A stretch of DNA of 58,655 nucleotides from a virus. The stretch covers positions 1-58,655 of IMG/VR virus record IMGVR_UViG_3300037070_005559; one strand, given 5' to 3'. Shown one piece after another: positions 52,296 to 58,655 of the stretch. A model generated the notes under the pieces. It did not search any database. It saw only the letters and a program-made list of their open reading frames with translations, and was not told the origin of the DNA. Every line of letters begins with the position of its first letter. Position 1 is the first letter of the stretch. A program made the position numbers and the translations under genes.

Positions 52296-52598
52296 TCAAA
52301 ACAGCTTCGGTCCAGAGATTGGATTGAACCACGCATGGTGATAACCGCCGGGCTTCTTGAGGCTGTCCAGTTTTACGACGATCGAAAAAAGACCGACGCC
52401 CTTCACGGTACCTCGCTTCGCCTTCTTCCGAGTTGGGAATCCGGCCTCCCGCGCTTTGCGACTCCACTCCACGCGCTGGCCGATACCAAACCGTTGCTCG
52501 GCCTTAATCGTCCACGCCATGTGCTCCTCAATCGCCTTCAGCTTCTCGCAGATCGCATCGAGTTGCGTTCGGATTTGGTCGTCTATTTTTGGTTTCAT
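52296..52598 (-). CDS. Hypothetical protein (100 aa)
   Basis: Ordinary composition. Follows the J-domain gene directly. Confidence 0.6.
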   Translation of the reverse strand: MKPKIDDQIRTQLDAICEKLKAIEEHMAWTIKAEQRFGIGQRVEWSRKAREAGFPTRKKAKRGTVKGVGLFSIVVKLDSLKKPGGYHHAWFNPISGPKLF

Positions 52599-52599
52599 A

Positions 52600-53184
52600 T
52601 TATTTCACCCCCGACTCCTCATACGCGCGCTGAATCTGAACGAACTGCTCGCGATCACCGCCGGTATCAGGGTGATGCTGCTTGGCCAGCTTTCGGTACG
52701 CGTCTTTCACCATCTCGGGTGTAGCATTTACGGTTACACCCAAAATCTTCCACCAGCCTGAAGTCTCTCCCGGCGCCGGCAACGCGGTGAATCCCCTGAA
52801 CGCCGCCTCCATCATGTCACCCGTCCCCCATCGCGCTATTCCGCGCAATGCCGAGATCGTTAGATTGATCGCGTGCATGTTGTCCTGAACGTGTGCCCAG
52901 CAATCGCAGGCGAAACACATTTCCTTGCCGTTGCGCTTGAAGTAAATCGCTACACCGGGATCGGCCATCTTGTGACCCCACTCAACTCCCTGCGGAAGAC
53001 CGTTGCGCTTGAGCGGAACGTTGGTTGAGATGATTGTGTCCGTGCCTCCAAGGCGGCGAATCTCCCGCAAGCATTCATCGCGCGCGTCGGCGAACCCAAC
53101 GCGAAATCTGGTCTGCGTACGGCGCTGGGCAGATCGGGGTCTACCGGGGGGCCAAAAAATCGGAAACGATGTTTTTTCCTGCAT
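52600..53184 (-). CDS. J-domain (DnaJ-like) protein with a phage-specific N-terminal domain (194 aa)
   Basis: C-terminal WWKILGVTVNATPEMVKDAYRKLAKQHHPDTGGD...IQRAYE with the HPD motif. ATG at 53184 (the track TTG start is at 53202). Confidence 0.8.
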   Translation of the reverse strand: MQEKTSFPIFWPPGRPRSAQRRTQTRFRVGFADARDECLREIRRLGGTDTIISTNVPLKRNGLPQGVEWGHKMADPGVAIYFKRNGKEMCFACDCWAHVQDNMHAINLTISALRGIARWGTGDMMEAAFRGFTALPAPGETSGWWKILGVTVNATPEMVKDAYRKLAKQHHPDTGGDREQFVQIQRAYEESGVK

Positions 53185-53227
53185 CAGTCCTTTCTGTAAC
53201 AAAAGTTGGTCAGTAGCAAGGAAAATG

Positions 53228-53262
53228 TTGCGTTCCTCACATTTATTTGTCAGGCTCGTGGT
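53228..53262 (+). promoter_or_regulatory. Weak promoter-like element with the leaderless geometry (replication operon)
   Basis: TTGCGT-tcctcacatttatttgt-CAGGCT-cgtggt-GTG(53263). Confidence 0.3.
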
Positions 53263-53487
53263 GTGAAACGTTATATCATCTACGAAAATGGGGAGGGGTG
53301 GTTGGTTTATGATCGAGATGCGGACAGGGTGACACGATGCACCCTCGATATATTGGAGGCTACTGAAATGTCATATCGCGAGGCGCTGATTTGGGTGGGC
53401 TACAAGACCCGGTATGGTCAGAGATTTATGATGCCGTCAATTCCAACGACTACCAGAATCCTCGGACTGCTGGAGGAGCAAGGGTGA
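53263..53487 (+). CDS. Hypothetical protein (74 aa)
   Basis: GTG at 53263 (the track TTG start is at 53206). Confidence 0.5.
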   Translation: MKRYIIYENGEGWLVYDRDADRVTRCTLDILEATEMSYREALIWVGYKTRYGQRFMMPSIPTTTRILGLLEEQG

Positions 53488-53801
53488 CTCCCGAACCCTT
53501 CATTTTTAACGTCGGTCAAAAAGTTCTCAAACCCGGAGGTGACTACACCTTCCCCGGCACCGTTGTGTCGGCGTTTCGCAAACTATCCGGACTAGCCCGG
53601 TACGTGGTCGAGGACGATCGCGGGATTTGTCACATCTTTAGCGCGAAGAATCTAGTTGAGGATAGAGGTGGGTGCGTCGGCAAACTTCCGGAGCCGACTG
53701 AAGCGCAGAAACAGTGCGGCCACGGACGGTGGCGACGCAGTTCTCCAAAGCCGAGACATTGCCAGTGCTGCGGACTGTTAATGTGGGACGCCGGAGATTG
53801 A
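53484..53801 (+). CDS. Hypothetical protein (105 aa)
   Basis: GTG in a GTGA overlap with the upstream stop. Confidence 0.55.
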   Translation: MTPEPFIFNVGQKVLKPGGDYTFPGTVVSAFRKLSGLARYVVEDDRGICHIFSAKNLVEDRGGCVGKLPEPTEAQKQCGHGRWRRSSPKPRHCQCCGLLMWDAGD

Positions 53802-53803
53802 AC

Positions 53804-54073
53804 GTGTCAAAGAAAAAGAAAATCCTCCCGAAGTGTGATCTGCCGTCGTACCCGCTTGGCGCGTCGATCATCCTCGTGAATTGCCATTTGTGGACTGGCG
53901 CGGTTGGCACGGTGGAGACGGTGTACGATGACGGTCGACACCTGATTTGCATTCCATCCAAGCATGGCGGTGTCTGGCACTGCGAGGCCACGCCGGATAC
54001 CATGCGCTATTGGCTTTGGAGTGACTCGAAAAGAATTTCGCCTGAGGTGGTATGTTCCTCGGGTGAGACGTAA
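53804..54073 (+). CDS. Hypothetical protein (89 aa)
   Basis: GTG at 53804, 2 nt after the upstream stop. Confidence 0.5.
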   Translation: MSKKKKILPKCDLPSYPLGASIILVNCHLWTGAVGTVETVYDDGRHLICIPSKHGGVWHCEATPDTMRYWLWSDSKRISPEVVCSSGET

Positions 54074-54144
54074 CCAGTGAGAGCGTGCCCCTTGTCGGGG
54101 ATTTGTTCACGCGCGCCCGACGTGAAGCTATCCACTGGATCGGG

Positions 54145-54414
54145 CTAAAATGGCACCGGATCATCGTCCGGTAGTGGGCCATCGTAATCCGCAACCCTGA
54201 TCGGAGGCTCGCTCCAGATTTGTAGCGGTGCCCTGCGGCGAACCCGGTAGGTAATTATCCACAGCACACTTCCTTTCCCGCGTTGCATCATTGAAATGTG
54301 GTAGCCCCAGGATTCGAGCTGGCGTATGCGTTCGGAGGCGCCAACACATAGTTCTTCGTGGACGATTTCTTCGTCGAAGAGGTCACTTTGCATTCCACGC
54401 CAGATGAAGGCCAA
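54145..54414 (-). CDS. Hypothetical protein (89 aa), co-oriented with the HNH gene
   Basis: Overlaps the 3' end of the HNH gene. Opposite strand to the surrounding operon. Confidence 0.45.
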   Translation of the reverse strand: MAFIWRGMQSDLFDEEIVHEELCVGASERIRQLESWGYHISMMQRGKGSVLWIITYRVRRRAPLQIWSEPPIRVADYDGPLPDDDPVPF

Positions 54415-54973
54415 TAGGCTTCAACGAATCCAGGTATTCAATCTCCGTCCGATTGCCCTTGCGGTGGTTGCACTCGCGACACGCGCCAATCAAATTGTCC
54501 GGCAGATTGTCACCGCCGCGGCTCAGTGGGGTCTTGTGATCGATCGACCACAGATTGAACGGAATGTGATTATGGCAGTAGTGGCAGATCCCGCTTTGCC
54601 GAGCGTAAAGTTGATTTTTCACCGTCCTCGACTGCCTTGGACGGAGCCCCCGATATCTCTTTCGCCTCCTTTTGGAACGAGGTCGAATCAAGAAAGAACT
54701 TAAATCCCGAGGCTGATCCGGAACCGAGAGACCGCTGACGATCAATGGAAACGACACCTCGTCTTTACGCTCGATAGTTAACGGCCGCGGCCACTTGTGA
54801 GGCTCATACGCTTTCCAGAATTGGGCGTTGCAACACGTCCAATTGAAATAACGCCGGCCCGATACCAGCATAAACTGCGGCTCGAAGTCAAAGATAAGTC
54901 CAATCTCATGCCAGCTCTCGCTGCGGATGAGAGTTTTGATCTCGTCGCGTGTTATGGTTTCTGAGCGGTTCAT
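54383..54973 (-). CDS. HNH endonuclease
   Basis: C-terminal CHYCHNHIPFNLWSIDHKTPLSRGGDNLPDNLIGACRECNHRKGN. ATG at 54973 (a GTG alternative lies at 55000). Confidence 0.8.
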   Translation of the reverse strand: MNRSETITRDEIKTLIRSESWHEIGLIFDFEPQFMLVSGRRYFNWTCCNAQFWKAYEPHKWPRPLTIERKDEVSFPLIVSGLSVPDQPRDLSSFLIRPRSKRRRKRYRGLRPRQSRTVKNQLYARQSGICHYCHNHIPFNLWSIDHKTPLSRGGDNLPDNLIGACRECNHRKGNRTEIEYLDSLKPIGLHLAWNAK

Positions 54974-55429
54974 AAATACTGCCGTCTTTCCGGCTGTCAC
55001 CTCTGTCCTCGCTGTAGGTCATGTTCGACCGCATTTACGGGTTACGAGTTTCCGGGCCGTGCCTTCCGCCGGGAGTTGCGGCCATCCCTTGCTTGTCGCG
55101 GGAACTGAGTTTCCCCAGTAAACCCGGCGCGGGAAAAAATTAAAGCTGGCGCGGGTCACCGCGACAACCGGGGGTCGATTACGCCCTCGCCGATCAGGTA
55201 AGGGCAATCCCAGGTCGTTGATCGCTACCGCGCCAACAGAGTTTGTATCTCACACCTGACTGACACTTGGCAATAACTTTATCTTGAATAACAATTTTGA
55301 AACGCGCAAGGTCGTTCGGTTTTGCGACACCATGATAATAACTGAAACCTCCATGCTCTCTCTGGTTCCTCGCCTTCGCGGGCACGGTGTCGCAACCGGA
55401 GGGTCGGGGAGAGCATTGAGGTTTTTGAT

Positions 55430-55648
55430 ATGACCGACGAACGCTATGCCAGACTGATGCAATCCGACGATCCTCTTACGGCCCAAGAGGTATTCGACGG
55501 CTGGCACTTTTGTCGCGAGTTCGATGAATTGCTGGTAGGTCCTGGGATGTCGGAGCTTCGGCGTTGCTCGTGTTTGCCGAAGGAGCATCCGGTTTATTCG
55601 ACGGCGCCGCCTGATGAGGGGCCGGTGGATTTGGAGGGGCAACTATGA
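55430..55648 (+). CDS. Hypothetical protein (72 aa)
   Basis: ATG with gagg 8 nt upstream. Confidence 0.6.
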   Translation: MTDERYARLMQSDDPLTAQEVFDGWHFCREFDELLVGPGMSELRRCSCLPKEHPVYSTAPPDEGPVDLEGQL

Positions 55649-56100
55649 ACTCAGACTGCTCCCACGTAACCACAGAAGTCCGACGTCGCGTAAAAAGTAA
55701 TGGCGCGGTCGTCGTTTGCCGGCAATGCGTCGACTGCGGCACGAGCCTGGGTGAACTTCCAAAACACCAATTCGTGGTCGAGAGCCTTCCCGAGTACGAT
55801 TACACGCTGAATGAGCGTTGGAGAACTGAATACAATCAGAGATTCCGAGATATTGCGGACGTGGAGCAGGCGAAACGAACTGAAGAATGGTGGACGGCTT
55901 ACAACGCCTACCTTCAGACACCTCATTGGAGGAAAATCCGAAAAATAGTGCTACAGCGCGATCCTACCTGCACCGCCTGCCTTGAGTATCCATCCGAACA
56001 GGCCCATCACCTTTCTTATGAGTCATACAACAAACACGGGTTCAGTTTTGCACACGAATGCGTTGGCGTTTGTGTGGATTGTCATCGGAGACTCAGTTGA
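55645..56100 (+). CDS. Zinc-ribbon / HNH-like protein (151 aa)
   Basis: ATGA overlap. CRQCVDCG, then WRKIRKIVLQRDPTCTAC...AHHLSY...VCVDCHRRL. Same architecture as 21183..21587. Confidence 0.6.
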   Translation: MNSDCSHVTTEVRRRVKSNGAVVVCRQCVDCGTSLGELPKHQFVVESLPEYDYTLNERWRTEYNQRFRDIADVEQAKRTEEWWTAYNAYLQTPHWRKIRKIVLQRDPTCTACLEYPSEQAHHLSYESYNKHGFSFAHECVGVCVDCHRRLS

Positions 56101-57102
56101 ATGACCCTCGACGAACGCATAGCCCGCTACCTCTGCGCCTGCGCGCCTGCTGTTAGCGGCCAAGATGGCCACGGGCAGACGTTTTTCGTCGCGTGTCAGT
56201 TGGTAAACGGCTTCGGACTGTCCGAAAACGATGCCCTTCACTATCTCACGCTGTACAACGACCGCTGCCAGCCGCCGTGGAGCGAGCGAGAGCTGATTCA
56301 CAAGGTGAGAAGCGCGATGAACGCCTCCCACGCCAAGCCAATTGGCCACCTCATCGGCGAAAATGGAACATTCCGACGGGAGGACATGCAACCACAGCGC
56401 GTCGAGCGTCCAAAGATCGAGCCCGCGCAGGCTATTGAAAAATATCTCAAGGGATTCCAGTGTGGGGAGGCTGATTTATGGGAGGCCAGCCCCATACGTC
56501 CCGACGATGACTTCACCCAGGATGGGATTTTACTGGTCGAGCACCTGTTTCACACAGGCGAATCAATCAACGTCGTCACAAATTTCACCATTGCCGAGAC
56601 AAAGGACAAACGGCAGAAGGCCAATCCAAGTGGCGTCGGTGAAACTACTGAACGTGACACCCTGATTGACCGTTGGAAACTCGAAGGAATGCCCGTCAGC
56701 GCGGCTGGGGGATGGATGCGGATCAATCCAGTGAATGGTGGTGTCTCAAACGAGCATGTTACTGCCTTCCGATTTGCTCTGCTGGAGTTTGACCGAATCC
56801 CAATCTCGCTTCAGCTACGGTTGCTCGCGCGCCTGCCGTTGCCAATCAGCGCGATATTGACCAGTGGTGGAAAATCCGTCCATGCGTGGGTCAAAATAGA
56901 TGCCAGGTCCTTCGAGGAGTATGACGAGCACGTGCTGGCATTGCGCGACATCATTGGTGACTTCGGAGCCGACCGGGCGAACAAGAACCCGAGTAGACTC
57001 TCGCGGCTTGTGGGTGTCACCCGTAAAATTGAAGCCGTGGGCGATGGCCGGCAGCGCTTGATCTACCTGAATCCCGAGCCGAAGGAGGAAGCGATTCTGT
57101 GA
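56101..57102 (+). CDS. Primase (archaeo-eukaryotic primase / prim-pol-like; 333 aa)
   Basis: N-terminal GQDGHGQTFFVACQLVNGFGLS...CQPPWSERELIHKV. Core FALLEFD...SGGKSVHAWV...NPSRLSRLVG. Confidence 0.6.
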   Translation: MTLDERIARYLCACAPAVSGQDGHGQTFFVACQLVNGFGLSENDALHYLTLYNDRCQPPWSERELIHKVRSAMNASHAKPIGHLIGENGTFRREDMQPQRVERPKIEPAQAIEKYLKGFQCGEADLWEASPIRPDDDFTQDGILLVEHLFHTGESINVVTNFTIAETKDKRQKANPSGVGETTERDTLIDRWKLEGMPVSAAGGWMRINPVNGGVSNEHVTAFRFALLEFDRIPISLQLRLLARLPLPISAILTSGGKSVHAWVKIDARSFEEYDEHVLALRDIIGDFGADRANKNPSRLSRLVGVTRKIEAVGDGRQRLIYLNPEPKEEAIL

Positions 57103-58259
57103 TAGACCTTGAGAAATTAAAGGCGAAGCTGCACGCGGAGTGTCCTGAACTATTCCCGAACGGTGCGGAGCCCGCTCCGGCGCCCACCGACGACCCACCG
57201 CCCGAACTAGCCGACCGACACGCCGATATGTCAGCGAGCATGATGCGCTACCTCGAAATCGAGCCGGAGACACCACAGCGCGAACTGCCTAAGATCGATA
57301 ACGCGACCTCCCTACTTGCCGAATCTCTGGAACTCCCACCCCAGGTCATCCACGGACTACTACATCAAGGGCTCAAAGGCGTTTTAGGCAGCAGCAGCAA
57401 AGCGCGCAAGACCTGGATATTGCTCGACGCCGCGATCTCCGTCGCATCGGGCCGTCCGTTCTGGAATTGGGCAACCGTCCGAGGCCGGGTGTTGTACATC
57501 AACTTCGAGATCCCGCGCGCGTTCATCCGTAGTCGCATCAAATGCCTGTCCGAGGCCAAAGGCGTGACCGACCTCTCACTGATCGACTGCTGGACATTAC
57601 GCGGATTCGCCGGCGTCTTGGGGAGGCTCGTCCCTCGATTGCTAGAACGCATAGCAAAAACCAATTACCTGCTGGTGATCATCGACCCGATTTACAAAGG
57701 ACTGGGCGGCCGCGATGAAAACTCAGCCGGCGACATCGGGGAGTTGTGCAACGAACTCGAACAAGTGGCAGTCCAAACCGGAGCGGCAGTCCTCTACGCC
57801 GCCCACTTTTCAAAGGGCAACCAGGCTGGTAAGGACGCGATCGACCGAATTGGCGGCTCTGGCGTGTGGACCCGCGACGCCGACAGCATCATCACGTTGA
57901 CCCGCCACGAGGAGGAGGACGCGTACACGGTCGACACCATACTGCGCAATCTTCCGGAGTCTCCACCGTTCGTCGTGCGCTGGCAGTTTCCACTGATGAC
58001 GATCGACCAGGAACTCAACCCGGAGTCCCTAAAACAGATCTCTACCGGACGCCCGAGGCAGCACGATCCAGACGACCTTTTAGACCTGCTTCCAGATAGC
58101 GGAATCAGCGACAAAGAATGGCAGAAATCAGCACGTGAAGAACACGAGATTTCACGCGCAACTTACTTCCGGCTGAAAAACGAGCTGAAGGAGCGCGGTC
58201 TCATAATGTTTTCCGTGATCGACGACGTGTGGAAGCGTATAATAGTCAACAAGAAGTGA
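57099..58259 (+). CDS. RepA-like / AAA_25-type RecA-family ATPase (putative replicative helicase; 386 aa)
   Basis: GTGA overlap. Deviant P-loop GSSSKARKT, Walker B LLVIIDP, and AAHFSKG...RIGGSGVWTRDADS. HTH-like C-terminus. Confidence 0.65.
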   Translation: MIDLEKLKAKLHAECPELFPNGAEPAPAPTDDPPPELADRHADMSASMMRYLEIEPETPQRELPKIDNATSLLAESLELPPQVIHGLLHQGLKGVLGSSSKARKTWILLDAAISVASGRPFWNWATVRGRVLYINFEIPRAFIRSRIKCLSEAKGVTDLSLIDCWTLRGFAGVLGRLVPRLLERIAKTNYLLVIIDPIYKGLGGRDENSAGDIGELCNELEQVAVQTGAAVLYAAHFSKGNQAGKDAIDRIGGSGVWTRDADSIITLTRHEEEDAYTVDTILRNLPESPPFVVRWQFPLMTIDQELNPESLKQISTGRPRQHDPDDLLDLLPDSGISDKEWQKSAREEHEISRATYFRLKNELKERGLIMFSVIDDVWKRIIVNKK

Positions 58260-58276
58260 TTTCTGTTCTCGCCTTC

Positions 58277-58411
58277 GGTCTCATTAGTGTCAAAAGTCCT
58301 AAAATCAGTCTCAAAAGGCTTATGATACTTATGATACTTATGAGATTTTTAGTCGCTACAATCACAATATCAGTGTCTTAGGAAAGTCTCATAAGTCATT
58401 GGTCTCCAAAA
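58277..58411. other. Iteron-like repeat cluster (candidate replication origin or protein-binding array)
   Basis: (A/G)GTCTC(A/C) motifs at 58277-58287, 58307-58317, 58385-58395 and 58401-58411. Inverted pair cttatgag (58337-58344) / ctcataag (58388-58395). Confidence 0.4.
58321..58345. repeat. Tandem 9-bp repeat tatgatact x2.8
   Basis: Read directly: tatgatact tatgatact tatgaga. Confidence 0.9.
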
Positions 58412-58553
58412 AAAGCCCTAACCCCGTTAGTAATCAAAACTCCTCTGGAGAGTTTTGATACTAGGGAGGGGGTTGTTTTGGTTGTAAGAGTTTGAAAGTT
58501 TTCTGTCAAGACAAAAATGAGGTGAAAACGGGAACTATTTTGGAAGGCGAAAA

Positions 58554-58655
58554 GTTCCGAGGAGAGGTGTGATGAAAGGAGGGGACTCCACCTCGTTCGG
58601 TCGGGCGGAAAATCCGGGTGCCGGGGGCGGTAGTGCGGTCACCAGTCGGCCGGCA
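58554..58655. repeat. 102-bp terminal direct repeat, copy 2 (identical to 1..102)
   Basis: Exact match to the first 102 bases of the window. Confidence 0.95.

Noticed and set aside
55100-55240. Possible tRNA-like segment (ggggtcgattacgccc)
   Set aside because: No acceptor, D, anticodon or T stem arrangement can be drawn. The putative T-arm lacks complementary flanks on either strand. No tRNA-like T-loop consensus was seen anywhere else either.
58321-58345. Tandem repeat considered as a possible CRISPR or minisatellite
   Set aside because: There are only 2.8 copies of a 9-bp unit, with no spacers. It is far too short for a CRISPR array and was kept only as part of the origin-like region.
1-58655. 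Evidence for lysogeny (integrase, attP, CI-like repressor)
   Set aside because: No tyrosine or serine recombinase motifs were seen in any frame. The only mobility enzyme is the IS1595-type transposase, so temperate status is not claimed. The 102-bp end repeat is not interpreted as att sites, because it coincides exactly with the window termini.

Overview
The window is a complete, circularly closing genome of a tailed dsDNA phage. Bases 1-102 are identical to bases 58554-58655, so the unique length is about 58,553 bp. I recognised no rRNA, tRNA, tmRNA, CRISPR array, integrase, DNA polymerase, endolysin or small terminase.

Layout:
(i) 362-1236, minus strand: three small genes read from a divergent control region at 1237-1346.
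(ii) 1347-11537, plus strand: a tightly coupled early operon with a small HTH protein, RecT, a PD-(D/E)XK exonuclease, a VRR-NUC nuclease and many small zinc-ribbon or unknown proteins.
(iii) 11631-49238, minus strand: a roughly 37.6-kb late region. In order of transcription it holds:
- a collagen-like tail fibre, 1172-aa and 1473-aa virion proteins, and a GroES-like co-chaperonin;
- a ~10.5-kb sugar-tailoring and glycosyltransferase island (C-methyltransferase, RmlD-like SDR, O-methyltransferase-like protein, radical SAM, DUF5672/GT9-like fusion, Dam-like MTase, DUF1643, two paralogous homing-endonuclease-like genes);
- portal and scaffold;
- a ~3.5-kb accessory island (HNH, IS1595-type transposase, Panacea/SocA-type antitoxin with a RelE/ParE-like partner, a P63C-like protein);
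- major capsid protein, an LRR tail fibre, and a membrane/lipoprotein cluster that looks like a lysis module.
(iv) 49279-51159, plus strand: large terminase.
(v) 51098-53184, minus strand: small genes ending with a J-domain protein.
(vi) 53263-58259, plus strand: a replication operon with an AEP-type primase and a RepA-like ATPase, interrupted by an opposite-strand HNH cassette.
(vii) A ~0.65-kb gene-poor region (58260-58553 plus 1-361) with iteron-like repeats.

Genome-wide signals read directly from the sequence:
- More than 35 four-base ATGA/GTGA start-stop overlaps.
- A recurring TTGACA-N28-30-start-codon geometry that suggests leaderless transcripts.
- A 16-bp perfect inverted repeat containing GTTTGACAAAC in the divergent control region.
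- Mutually exclusive RNA hairpins in two intergenic regions of the early operon.

All functional calls rest on motif recognition by eye. No database search was run.
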